Positions 25,345 to 39,000 of a DNA stretch of 64,000 nucleotides are shown here, in pieces. Each line of letters begins with the position of its first letter. Position 1 is the stretch's first letter. The notes under the pieces were generated by a model. It was not told the DNA's origin. It saw only the letters and a program-made list of their open reading frames with translations, and searched no databases. The stretch comes from Phallusia mammillata (taxonomy: Eukaryota). Where the stretch lies: contig OZ281495.1 in assembly GCA_965637545.1 (NCBI GenBank), positions 22,010,001 through 22,074,000 of the forward strand, in the 5' to 3' direction. Position numbers and translations under genes: made by a program.

Positions 25345-26516
25345 TTTCTGTACCCGATTCAATGATTGAGCTCAAAACGGTTGACTGCACAGCAAAAAGC
25401 TGCAAACTTCTTTGGATATATCAGCACTAAGCAAGCAGGTTTTTATGTTACAAATCAAATAGAAGACAAGTTCCTGGCATTTTGCCTAATTGTTGTTTAC
25501 CAGCTACAACCTAATCAATACTATATACAATTAAAACAACTACATTAGGTCTAGGTTTACGACGACCGATAAGATATTTCTCTCAGCCGTAACAACTAAC
25601 AAGTCAATCCATATGTCGCAATCATTTGCAAGGAAATACATGGGGTGCGACCTCGTCCCAACAAGCCGTTTCCCGTGCAGTAGTACTACCAAGCACCAAC
25701 TTAACTTAAAAATGTAAACCGCCTAGTCAAAACAGACTGGTAAAAAGAACGAACCCTACGCTAGTCTACTATCTAAACATAACCTTTGTACATGTAAATA
25801 TAGCATTTTCGCGTTTTGCATATGCAGGACAGTAGACTGCTTGTGTAGGCTAGTCTTGGTACTTTTACATTATAGAATTCGTTTGTACAGCCCAAAGCAA
25901 TTTGTTTGTAGCGTGAAGTATTCAGGATATCAGTCAGGTCTGTTGGACAAATTCAGCAAATCAGTCGTGTTTGTTCAGCAAACACCTCGAGATTACAGGA
26001 TCGTTCATTGGTACCTTTGTTACCTCGATATTCATTTGACAATAATTCAGAAAAAGTGCTGTATGCATCATCAAAATGGGGTTGACTAGTGGCAGAGCCA
26101 TTTTACCGTCTTTCGTGGTGTATTTTCATTTTAGCAACTTGAGTGAAATCCCCTTAGGAGTAAGGTCCCTTAAAGTCTATGTAAGGCCTCATTTACTTTA
26201 TGTTTGATTCATTTCACGTTGTTTAATTTGAATTACCTTTGTGGCATTTTGGGGAAGAATAACAATATAACGGGTTGGTAAATGTTGCTTCAAGTATATG
26301 TTCGAAAGTAGGGATAAACCAAACAATGTGCACTGGACTGACATAACCAAAATTGAATTGTTTTAGGCAGTTTATTGCAAAACACATAGCACCAATAGCG
26401 TTAAGCGTGAAATTAGGGGACTAAAAACGAGGCATATAAAAGGGGAATATAATCAGTAAGGTTAAACCGCCATGGATTACTGCTACAATAACGTTAACAA
26501 GTCCAAGTAGGTAGAG

Positions 26517-26816
26517 CTACTTACACCATAACTCACCTCAGCCGCACATTTAGTTAATTTTCGATAGGTGGCGCAGGAGCTGAATTATGAATTTAACGGC
26601 TAAATAAGAGTATGGTTGGGAAGTAAGTTTTTGAAAAAAATACATTAAAAACTAAATTTGGGGGTTAGTATCATTGAATTTTTGATGATAATACCTAACC
26701 CAACCCTAACCGCAGGCATACTTTGAGATATACCGTTTTCAATAGGATTTGTGCTCTTTGCGTCCCCCATCGAAAATTAGCTACATGTGCGGCTGACGTG
26801 AGTTATGGTGTTAGTA
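26517..26816. mobile_element. Foldback/MITE-like element with ~60-bp imperfect terminal inverted repeats
   Basis: 26517-26580 (CTACTTACACCATAACTCACCTCAGCCGCACAT...) is the reverse complement of 26753-26816 with roughly 80% identity by eye; the interior contains GGGGTTAG and CCTAACCCAACCCTAACC. No TSD identified. Confidence 0.75.
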
Positions 26817-27151
26817 GATTTTCCGTCTAAGCAAGCGTAAAATTGCACTGAAACTTTGCGGTTAAATTGCATACCAAAGTATAATAAAAAAAAGGAATTT
26901 TGATACAAATTGATAAGTTTTGGCAAAACTGCATGTCAGTATAAAATACATGATTATGAACAGATAGACACCTAGTCAATTATGGCAACAGTAAAAACGA
27001 TTTCAATGTAGGGACTAAACAGAAAGTACTTTGCTAGTCACACATAAAAAACCTTGTGCCTTGAAGTCTAATTTTAAATTAGAGCACCAGCTTAAATTAC
27101 ATTTTTGCGCAAGTTTAATATTTTGATCTTGTGGTTTTTAAGGCAAACGTT

Positions 27152-30100
27152 TCATGTGGATTTAAACAAGCCACGCACACGACGTCGTTTTGGATCAAAT
27201 GGACTGTTCAAATACACATTCGCCTTGTGTTTGACAAAGTTGCGTTCAATCTCATACTTTCCGCCAAGAATATAGTCATCGACACTTGATTTATCATTTT
27301 CCGGAATGTCGACGTAGCTGAAACAAAAAAATATGCGAAAAAAAAGAAATAAAAAATATATCTAATTTCGAATGATAAAACATGTACACCTTTTTACTGT
27401 TTTTGGTGAGACACATCTTTGCAGGCTCACAAACAAATAATCTATTCTAATTTAAAAACCCTTGGCTAAATACAGGAACATAAAATGTAGCAACATTCAT
27501 CACATTACCGATTTTGTCTGATATATTTTTGAATGATCGATTGTAACACTTTTCGGTTTCAGTCGAGTTTTCAAAAAAAGTACGATCCAAAACCGAAACG
27601 ACGACCAAATATTTCAGCCAACCGAAACTTCACTAGCTGATACAATTAGAAAAATTTCAAGGTGAAGACAATTCAAAGATTCAAAGTGTATTTAAAGGGC
27701 ATTCACTAGACCACACCTTTGTAGTTAAAATAGCAAATCAAATAACACGAGCACTTACCCCATGCCCACACCCTTGTTGATATTAAACGCGTGAACTCCA
27801 TTTCGGGTGAAACCAACCACTTTTCCATCCCGCCATATTATCTCCTCCCCAAAAAGTTGTACTTGGCTAAAGCACGATCATCAAACAAAGTGATTAGTTG
27901 GAACTTTGTAGGCGTCAAAACACTTAAAAATGCAACGCAATCTTACTCGTCAACTGTAAAAAAGGCTAGTGATTTTTTGGGGCGCTGTCCTCTCATTTCA
28001 GCTACTGCAGCAGATCCATGATAATGCCGATCGTTGTTACACAAGTGCAACAAACGCGACTCCAGCGGCGAGTCGTCGGTACGCACACTGTGTCCCCAGT
28101 GGTGAAAACCTTGGAAAAACATATTTTTGTAAATACTTAACAAGCATTTAAATAAACATTAGCACCACTTCTCATTAAGCACTAAACAACCAGTCAGGTC
28201 GATTGCTAGTGACACAACTACTTTTCTACCTCATTGACAAAATGAACTTGCATGTGTTTTGAAGTATGACAAGAATTGATTGTCCCAGATCACCAGCTCA
28301 AGACGGGTTAAACGGGTGCCAAAACATTCAAAAAAATATGGTATGTAAACAATGCGTACAAACTCATCACTTGGTATAAGCATTTGCAAACATTGGTGCT
28401 TATTGCTTACCAGCTTCAATGCTTAGTGATTCCATAGCCCGATATCCTGCATCACGGCCTCCATGCTTTTTTGCTACTCCCATGATTGCCTCATAAACTT
28501 TCACAGCGTGTTGACTCTCACATGACACCTCGTATCCCAATTCCCCGACGAAAGAACGTCTAAACGATAAGCCGTATGAATTTAGGCATATGGGAATATG
28601 TGCAGCATACGAGACAGGCAAAGTTGCTTGTAATTCGACCTTCGACGGGCTCACCGCTCAATTGGTAGAGCGCGAGTCACTGAAAGACTCCTGTCGTGGG
28701 TTCGAATACTACCGCAGGCTAGATTTTTCTAGCCTACGCCTTGTCGTATGGGAATGCTTGGTGACCGGCTGATTTGGTATGACGCCTTTATTAGGTCTGA
28801 CACACTATATTTTAGGAATATTAACGAAATGTTCTTTGTGTTAACAAAGTATTTCAACTTACCTCAAAATACCCACATTAATTCCGACAATGTTACTCAA
28901 CGCGAAATGGCCGAATTGCAGACTTTTGGTGACATCACCTGTGATCAGCTCCTTCAGTACCGCTCGACTGTCAAAAATGCATAATAGTTGTCAGCACGAT
29001 GGCATAAACTTATTTCCATAACAACAACAAAACAACGCTTTTTTGGTGCGGAGGTATAATTATCACAAAATGGTTAGTGAAAATGTAATGGTGAAAAACT
29101 AACCTTTTTGGCCCTTGCAAACTCAACGTTGCAAGCTCCTCAGTTCTGTCTTTCACATTGTAGTTGAGGCCACTTGTACTTAACACATCACTAATATGAC
29201 CTTTACAGTATTCCGTAGTTGCTCCCCCAACCGTCATAAAATAGTCAAAATCTAAAAACAAGTTTGGTACATTAAAAAGGGGTTTAGGAGTAACGAAGGA
29301 TTTAGATTTGAGTTTGCAATACGAAGTAATTTCTTCAATATTGCCACAAAAACCTTTATATAACGAATGAACACATAAATCACATGCCTTTTATTTAAGA
29401 TAAATTTTGTCGGTTTCTTGAGTGTGTGTGTTTACACCAAAAAATATGAGTTAAAACGTTCATTAAAATTCGTGAAAACAGAAGCTCCACATATTTCTAA
29501 AATCTAAACGTTCCATGGTTTGCCATTATTTTAAATTCTTTAGGTCCAAACGACTGAAATTTCAGGTCCTGTGACCTTTTTGCAACGATAATTTGCAAAA
29601 AGATATCACACAGTCCACTAAAGTCAACCTTACCATGATCTCCAGTGTCCATTTTACACACAACAAGATCAGATTCAATCCCTCCCTTATCATTTAACAT
29701 CAGGGTGTAGGTGCTCGTATTGCAGTTCGGGTTGGCAGTGACATCCGAGGAGAAGAGAAGTTTGGCAGCCTTGGTTGCGTCTGGACCTTCCAGCACCAAT
29801 TTACCCAAAGAACTTGAGTTAAACACAGCACATGACGTTCGACATGTTACGCACTCTTTGCTTATCTGTAGTGATATGATATGCTTGTGAGAAAATAATT
29901 TAATCGCATAAAATGAGAGTTTTGATAATTTTTTGGGTTAAAAATAAAAATAACAGAATGTTATGATGATATTGTAGGACAAACATTTAAAAAATGCAAA
30001 TGTGACCAATACCGCTTCGTGGACAGGTCCAGGGTATCGGTAAGAATACTCGTGGTTGAGAAGGGTTTTGTATTGGTAGTCTTGGTGAATTTTGTTATCG

Positions 30101-33100
30101 TATGCCCCGTAGAAGTCGTACTTTTTCACTTCGGCTTTCGGTCCATCAGTGAAATAAGCTGGTCGCTCCCATCCGTGTTTTTCCTCGTAAAAGCAACCCC
30201 GGTCCAACAAAACCTTTGGTCACATACAAACGGTCTCAATTTTCGTTAAGTCGACGCCTTGCTTAGCATTTAACTGGACGTACTAGATGTACGGAAGGCC
30301 AGACACGTTTGCTTGTTGACAGTGTATTTGACCTTGATTAACCAAGTCATATCTAGTCAACTCTTAAAACACTTCTAAGAAAATCCACTTATCTACAGAT
30401 TGGAGCTGGGGACATATGCTTTAAACCTTAATATTGTCGACAGATGACAAGGCAAACATAAAAAAAAGGAAAATGACGGAATTAGCCAGAAAGTAGAAAA
30501 AGTCTGCATAGCAGGCTATAGCAGGCAAAATCTGAATGTGCACCACTACTTTATAGTTTATGGAAATTTTATTGTCTGAAATCTGCATTACGTTAAGGCA
30601 AGTATTAATACTTTATTTAAGTATCAACTTTTGTTACCTGATGTAGAGCGTCCTTTCGCATGTTTCTTCCTGCCAGGGGCTGATCGTGTGGAAACGACAT
30701 ACAATAATGCTTCGAGTATGTTTCGTGAGATCTCTCGGTAAGCCACGTTTTGTTTGTGACCAAGCTCGAAGGAAATCTCCTGCAAAGAAATAGAAGGGCA
30801 CTTTCTCCACACTGCCATATACACTATGCGACCTAGATGAAAACTGCCGTACTATATTTTACAATTTGTTACACAGTTTTACAAAAATTCCAAATCACGA
30901 TCTTCAAATTTCCGAACGCCTTGACAAGGCGAATTTACATGCTATCCAAAACCGTGAGATTGTTGTGAAAACCACAAGTTAAAAGTTTACCGTATGTCCC
31001 ATGGAAACATGTCAATTTCTGGTTTTCCACGTAATGCCCAAAGCGCTATTTGTTTTCCACCACCTCCGCCGAGCATCATGCCGCCACTGTTAAACCCACT
31101 GGCGAAAAAAAATCCTCGTACTTTTGGCGATTCGCCACACAGTGGCTGTTTATCGGGTGTAAAAGATTCTAAACACGGTATAGATGATAAACTGGGATGT
31201 TAAAAAATGAGACTCTAATTTTTAATGTGGTATGAACTCTTCGTTTTTTTACCGGGTCCACAAATTGTTGATCGAATTCCCGTTTTTGCAATGATAGGCA
31301 TAGCGTCACAAGCAATAGCTAAATGTCGACCAAATACATCCCAGTCTAATGTATAGAGACCAAATGCAAAGTCGTCCGCAACCTACAAAAACAATTTGAA
31401 TGACTATAAACGTTAAAAAGTGCACAAAATGAAACAACGATGTGTTTATGATTAAAACTTCACTTGCTTCTTTGCAGAAGATTGGGTTTGCCTCATAACC
31501 TCCCACTTGCAGTGTATCGCCCTGCCGTTTCATGTAAACCGAACCGTCGTGGTCACGAACGTTCGGAAGATGACGAGCGCCCTCTATCGGCTCGGTCACA
31601 ACGTACGCATGTCTGTACGTAACTTGGGGAATGGCAATGTGGACCATCTGTGCAACAGGATGTTAAGATCATAAACATCACTTGTTGTGCAGCTTCAACG
31701 TACCTGACTTATGTTGGGCGCCCACACGCCTGCGCAGTTTATCACTTGGCCAGTTTTAATCGACCCACGGCTTGTTTTTACTGCAGAGACTCTTTGGATT
31801 CCGAAATCGTCTAACCTCGTGTCGATTCCTTCGACGCCGCAGCCCTCAAAAACCTAAGGCGATCATGACTTATGACATAATAAGATACCAACGGTGAAAA
31901 CGTTCTTTTATGTTTTTGAAAGGTTCACTGGACACATTTTAACATTTAAAGCTTCCTCCCCAGTTACAGTTTTTATGGCATTCGATTTTGGCGTGTGTTT
32001 TACCTGAGCACCATACTTTGCTGCTGCTTTGGTGTAGGAAGTACAGGCTCCGGTTGGATCCATAGTGCCATCCAGTGGATTATACAGAGCCCCAACATAT
32101 TTTGAACTATCCAGCAGGTGATGCACTTGAGGTATTTCAGCCGCCGATAAAATGTGAGTTTCGATTCCAAAGACTTTTGCAAGCTGTTACAAACAGTTAA
32201 ATAAAAATTCCTTCGAACCGGAGTCGAACCAGTGACCTATGGATATCTGACGGTTTGCAACCACTACAGTCCACCGCTCTACCAACTGAGCTATCGAAGG
32301 ATGCAATTATGCATGTGGAAAAGCGCCACTTATGCTTTCGAATCCATATGCTTTTGGGCGGCATTTGAAGCGACGCTAAACCAACAATCATTGTTCCCGT
32401 TTCCAGGCAGCAACAATTTAATCCATAGAAATTAGAGATGTGTAAGCCTATCGCCGCATAATTTAACAGTTTTTTGTGCGACATCGAAACGTAATAAATC
32501 GCTGACAGAATAAATACCGTTAATATTAACTTACCGTTGCCATTCGTTTGTATGAGTCCAATCGGGTTTGGTCATTGGCTGTAAACAACCCTCCCGTTTG
32601 TATCCATCCCGTTTCACTGTCAGTCTCCTGCGGTAATATAGTCGTCATCAAGGTGCGGGTATCGTCCACAATCTTCATTTCAAACTCATGTGGCACAGCT
32701 CTCCACAGTAAACCTAAATACAACATGCACTAAGACAGTGGTTCTCAAACTTTGTATTTCAAAAAACGAAACTTGATTGCAGGATTTTAGCTAGTTACGC
32801 AAAATTGCGCATAACAATGATCCGAAGACAGCATCTGACATCACAGACAAGAAAAAACACATTACCATTGTGCGCGAACAATTGCATTTTTGTTAGTTGT
32901 CATGCAATAAAGGCTATTTGTTGAGCAATGGAGACGATTCTCAATTCTACTTTGATTCAAACTTATTCAACAAGATTATAGAATTACTTCAACCTTTTTG
33001 CGGTCCCCCCAAAATTGCCTCACGGACCCCACCGCTGTACTAAGAGGACCTTACATTTTTTCAAAGACTGCTCTAATTGATTGGTTCCATGAATTAAAAA

Positions 33101-33814
33101 TAGGTTCCAACAAACTTTACGCTTTGGTAAAAAATGTATGTATAACATAAAAAGGTTAAAACATCTGTGATGATACTTGTGACATAACCTATTTTTTCTT
33201 CATGGCCTTGGTATTACAAACCTTTCTGCCATATAGTTTAATAGTGTCGCAATTACTTTTTCGCATCAAAACAATCAGAATGACTCTCTACTTATATGGC
33301 CACAATTAGGCCACCAAGTATGGCTCATTTCTCATTTAGTTTAATTTGGTTTTAGTGTATGACCATCAGAGCCAATGGGAAGATAAGTTCACTAACCTGC
33401 TGTGTGCCATGTTGTTCCAGCAGTCAGTTTATCTTTTTCAAGAAGAACAACCTTCCCAGCTCCATACTTAGCTAGATGATAAGTTGTACTGCAGCCAATA
33501 CTCCCTCCCCCTATCACAACTACATCAGCTTCTGTAGGTAGCTGCTGGGTGCTGTTGGTTCCATTCTTGCGACTGGAGGAATGCTGATGTAAATTGAATT
33601 TGGTTGCTGTCCTGCTGCAGTTTAGTGTGCTGAGAAGTCTGCATAGTAAAATTTGCATTAACACAGCATACCTTGTTGTTGTTGTGTTTTTTAAATGCTC
33701 TTAAATGTGTAGTAAATTGTGCAAGGATATATGTTACCTGACGCTTTGTGCAAAATATTTTTGTTTGTCAAGATTCAGATGAAGTTTGTTGCATCTCCTG
33801 ATAAATCTCATCAT
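27152..33814 (-). CDS. SARDH: Sarcosine dehydrogenase-like flavoprotein, copy B (closest to canonical SARDH motifs)
   Basis: 17 exons: 33814-33738 (basic mitochondrial-type presequence [13 protein letters not shown]...), 33638-33397, 32713-32535, 32183-32004, 31853-31704, 31647-31468 (GC donor), 31382-31253, 31168-30991, 30779-30638, 30213-30013, 29865-29634, 29251-29104, 28967-28863, 28559-28411, 28109-27947, 27866-27759, 27317-27152. Motifs [64 protein letters not shown]. Internal exon lengths equal those of copy A. Confidence 0.94.
27545..27635. mobile_element. Degenerate right-end fragment of the MITE family seen at 20499-20932
   Basis: CGGTTTCAGTCGAGTTTTCAAAAAAAGTACGATCCAAAACCGAAAC...CAGCCAACCGAAACTTCACTAG aligns by eye with the right end of the 20499-20932 element. 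Confidence 0.55.
28647..28728 (+). ncRNA. tRNA-like Pol III unit (tRNA pseudogene or SINE head), antisense within an intron of SARDH copy B
   Basis: A-box/D-arm GCTCAATTGGTAGAGC, 5-bp stem GAGTC/GACTC with 7-nt loop, B-box GGTTCGAAT, TTTTT at 28724-28728. The acceptor stem does not pair. Confidence 0.65.
32209..32300 (-). tRNA. tRNA-Tyr(GTA): tRNA-Tyr (GTA) with 19-nt intron, inside intron 3 of SARDH copy B, same strand
   Basis: CCTTCGATAGCTCAGTTGGTAGAGCGGTGGACTGTAG-[TGGTTGCAAACCGTCAGAT, 32263-32245]-ATCCATAGGTCACTGGTTCGACTCCGGTTCGAAGGA. Perfect 7-bp acceptor stem, anticodon GTA at 32267-32265, intron after position 37, downstream TTTTT terminator. Confidence 0.96.
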
Positions 33815-36097
33815 AGGAAAGGGTCGTTTTGTTCACAACAAAACAATTTGATTAAACGGTACTCTAAACAAAGTTTACATTTCAAAATCAAATAATAACA
33901 CCACACATTAAATGCAATTATGTATCAAAACTTTGTGATAGTCTTGCATTATCTAAGCTAAAATCTATAAATTTAAGCTACACAGTTCACTAACAAATGA
34001 CATTGCATTTGTTTTTATGAACTTAAATAACTTTTACCACCTTCACTATATTAAAAGAAAAGTTGTTGGCATTTCATGACCCATACAATGTTAATAACGA
34101 AGGTACAATTAATAAATACACAAGTACATAGTGTTCCTTAAAATATTAAAAATTCCATTTTCAAATAAAGGATGTTAACAAAACATATATTAAAAAACAT
34201 TTAGATTATGTCTGGTGCATTCCATCTAACTAATAGTAAAAGCTCATTAATAAGGACATCCTGTATCATGTACATCTGCATTGCCAGGATTTTGTAGAAA
34301 GAAAATTTACAATTAAACACAGTAACAATATAATAACATCACATAACTTTTAAAAATCTATAAGCGATTTCACAACACAAATATTTGAGTAAATTCACCA
34401 AGCACATTTACTGAAACCGGTGCTGCCACATGCAACTTGAACCAACGACTTGGCGGCATGAATAAAGATATGCTGCAATGCCTCGGCACACATCAGCAAC
34501 AACGCCCATATGTACACAACGTACGAAGGATGGCGAACAGTATCTATTATCCAGACTCACGTCGAAAGCGACGAACTTAACTAAAATTCAAAATTAATCA
34601 GCGCTACTCAGCAGCCGCTCGTTTTTGTCCAAAGCAGTTGTTGTTTTGTGCGTTCGTTGAAGCGTGACGATGGCTACACCACCAGTAGATCAGCTTTTGT
34701 GTGTTACAGCGACCGTTAAAAAATCATCTAAAACCAATTTGTTCCATTCATATAATGATAAAATACATTTTTTTGTCTAGCTAAGTGACTAACCAGCTAC
34801 ATAAAAACAAACTGCAAAGACTGCTTTGCTGCTAACACTGCTAAAAACTTTCTTCCGGCGCAAAAACATGCGATGATTAGGTCTTTTATTTGTATTTACA
34901 ACTTTCTCAACAGCATTACACGATTACGCGTTCAATGTAATACAGAACACATGCGCAATGGGTGCAGGAACGAAAGACGCAGTGTGGCCATTTCGCAAAC
35001 GAGAACACAATTAAACCATGCTGCAGCAAGTGCTTGCCACGGCTTAAACGATTTTTATGTTAGCAAATGGCACGGCCACATGCGTTAAGTCACAAAAAGA
35101 CCCACTAAAGGACGAAATGCGCAGTTAGACTGGGCACATTTTCAGCCCTTGTCACCTTGTTAAAAAATTCGCCCTTTGGGACGCAGTAGTCAAATTAACA
35201 TAAATGTTGGGATTTGCACACAAAAATTCCAGTGAACTTTTTTCGGCGAGCAAATATCACGACATGCGATACAATCAAAACTGCACACGTCAAAAAACGA
35301 AGGAAAAGAGATTTTTAAAGGAGAAAAATTCGACACACATTTTTGATGTATAATTTTACGCTGGGTTGTCTATACCAGTTAATTAAGATTCGACACTACC
35401 GAAAACACATGGGTTCCTACAGCCACAAGCATGCCAACGTTTTCTGGCAGGTCTGGATAAAACAAACCTGCATACACATAAAAAAAAACAACTCTGAAAC
35501 TATTGAACGTTCAATACAAAATGGTAAAACATTTTATGTAAAAAGTGGATGGACACACAAAGAAAAGAAAAAGGCGAAAGTGTAAAAGAAATGAATAAAC
35601 TAAAGCTTGAGGTATTTTGCCTCAAGTCCAGAAATAAATGTCGCGCAGGTACAGTTCAATTAAAACGGTGAACATATAACCCAGACGCGCAGCATTCATG
35701 ATTGAAAAGCGCGCGTGCAAGAGAATTAAAATGCGGGCACTGCAATAGTCAAGTGCAATTGGTTGCGTCAGCCAACTGCCTGTTTTGGCGTCAAACCCGC
35801 GCGTTTTAATAATATCAGGCAGTAGATTTGAATGCGTCACATAGGTAGAATACAGGCATACAACCGCACTGAATCATACACACACATACATACGCGTGAT
35901 AGTCAACAGATGAACTGGCTTTGGAACGGAGGACAAAGAACACAGACTCCCATACATCTTTGGCACAATTGCGGTTTTGCACTCACACACTCGTGGAAGG
36001 ACATAAACACTTAGCGCACTCACACCACGGATTAAGACAATTCCAGATGTCTGTTGCTGTTTTGCTTGAGCTGAGAAGTTTACCGACTTGGTCGCCG

Positions 36098-39000
36098 CTA
36101 CATTATTTCCTCGTCCAGTGCATGAACACAGTCGGCTCCCAGTGGTAACTTGCTGTCGTTCAGCAGTAGAGGAGCGTTCACTTCGCAGTCGTGGACCGAG
36201 AGCTCCGGCAAGAGATTTGAACCCCACGAGTCACAATCTGTTAGACGTACAAAGGAAATACTGCTTATATAGTCACTCGTCAACATACGCTTGTACTTTA
36301 GCTGACGCAAGGTTGAGAAATTGCCTTTGTGGCTTAACGTTTATTGGTAACGTGGCTTTTCAGTTAAGTGGCATAGTAAACTGTACAAGAAAATGCGAAA
36401 CAGACTTTCAAAACTATCATGGCACTAATATTTACTAAAGTAATCACACAAGTTTTAATTTGATTTACATACCAGCAGTTGAACTGAAAATGTCTCGCTG
36501 TAGAAACAAGTTTCGTAGTGGCTCGTTTCGTCCGTCACGTTTCTCTCCTGTAACAAAATTACCCATTGTATTTTTTTGAAGAAAAATGAGGTTTTTCAAT
36601 TCTTAATTTGGCGACGCTGCCGGCTTATTTGATGTCTGCGGGTTAAGGTTTTAATAGAGAAACGGCTAAGGCTGCTGAATCATGAGATTTAAAAGCAATT
36701 AATGCCTAGCGTGCAAAGAAACCTCACCTGTACAGCCGTAACCCGTTCCAGGCTGAAGTAACACATTGACGAACTGCTGTAACTGAGCTGGGTTGCGGCT
36801 TTTGGCTGAAAAAGTAAACATACATTTCGTTAGGAACGATGTGTTTCTCGAATTAGGAAAGGGGAATTCACGCAAACCAACCATTATGCAAAACACTACG
36901 AATTCCCGTTTAATATGTCACTTGTAATATAAGATTCTTGGAAGGTTAATGATTTTAATAAATGCCCAAATAAATCATTTTACTTCATATGAAACATGGA
37001 AATAGTGTGTAACTAACCTTGTGACGCGTTTCCATTGTACATCGCTTGACTTTCCCGGCTCAGACACCTTCGCTTTTGGCTGGGAAGTAGAGGTGCTGTA
37101 GGTGATGCAAACTTGCCCGCCGCATTACTTGAGTGGTTCCGCTTGCGAGCGTAAGCGTTGTGCAGGTCTGCGTTGGTTAAATTGCCCACATATCCACGCT
37201 GTAGATTCGCTTTGTGCTCAGCAAACTTCTCATCCCGCACAGGTACGGTTTGGTACTTTTGAAATCGGCCAATATCTCGAGCCAAGGATCTGGGGCCCTG
37301 CGACTGTGGTCCTTCGTCGCACTGATAGCCACCGGGAAGGCTGATCGGACTTCCGCAGTACGCGCTGTCGCACGGGCTTATGGAGCTTCGACGAAAGTCG
37401 TGCGTGTTGTACGGTAACGGCGGTGGCCCCTCCTTGTCGAACAAGGGCAGTGGCATCATGCGCGTCATTCCGCTGCTGCCGTTATCGATTTGATTCTGCG
37501 CCTATTGGAACGAATTCGATGTTAAGCAAACAGCTATGTACAAGGTGGGGGTAGATAAGAGAACAAGAAGCGGTTTATTCGGTAGCCTAAGTTTACTCTG
37601 TTATTTAGATTAACGTACTGCTGTGGGTTTGTAATACAAGCTTTACCTGATTAAAGTAATACTCATGCGCGACGAACATACGCGAGTAGTTGCATTAAAT
37701 GTGAAGCGTGTAGGAGAATTATCATAAAATCGCCAAAGTTAAAAATACATTTTCGTGCAATCAGCGGAGTCTGTCTGCACGAATTTCGTTTCTCTTTGAA
37801 AATACCTCGCACACATCGCATGACGTACATGCACCACTAAATGCCGCAGGCGGTTACAGTGCAAAAGATCAACAAACTATGCGAACCGCGGGGCACAGTT
37901 TATAGCTAATAAAGCATATTTTGTGTTCAGGGAAGAAATATTGTGCTGGGTGCTTGACGTCAGGCAGGGAGGAAGTTGTAAGAAGGGGCCACCTAATCTG
38001 ACCCAGCACACCATTTAAGCGACGTCAAAGCACGAATTCATGACCACGTAGGAAAACAGGGGTCTATGGCGGAAAGGGTGTTCTGCCCTGTACCTTTTGA
38101 TTGGTTCTCAAGGATGGGTATTAGATTGTAAACCAGGGGCGCCTGACCATTAGCACGTCATTTATATGGCAAGAATAAATCTGACGCTTACCTCGGAAGG
38201 CGGGGATGCAATGACAAACGCGTTTTGCTGCTGTTGACCCTCGTGACATGGTTTTTGGATTGCAGTATTTTCGACAGCCACATCACGAAACAAATCCTCC
38301 AATTGTTCTGCAATTTTGAAAAACAATTGGAATCGCTAGTCATTTATTTGTCAGTTGCAAAAGCAAACATTCAACCTGGTAGGGTAATTATTTTCTAACT
38401 AAGGGATCGAATACGCAACAAATCGATATATTGATAAAATATATTGCTTACCTTTTTCAGGTGAACTGTAGGTCCATGGATCTCCGATAGAGGGAGCGTT
38501 GAAAATGAGATTCTCATCCAATGTTATTTCTGCGCAAAGAAGTTTTAGTTTATTAAGGGTGGCTTTCGAATTTCGAAACAAAAAGAAGGAAAAATCCCAA
38601 GTCAAGGAGGTTATATTTAAAAGCACCACCGGCAGTTCGCCGTATTGCGCCATAATTCACCCACCGTCATTTTCGTCCATGTCGGTCAAGGTTAGTGGCA
38701 CAATCTTGAAATCGCCATACGATGGTGGTGCATTTTCCTTGACTGCTAAACAAAAAAGAAATTTAAATATTGGTTCCCATGAAACAAAAGGTGTACAAAG
38801 AGTCTACTGTCATAGTATAAAGGACAAACAACTTCAGCAAAATTCCCGATTAAACGTCCTTTTGGGCAGGTTAATCATTTCTAAGATTTGTGTTTAAAAG
38901 ACTTGACTCATTCAACCATCGTTTAACAAACAAACGGAGATTCACTTTGAAGAACTGACCTGGTGTTTCGGTCGGCGCTTTTAGCAAGTCATCGATAAAT

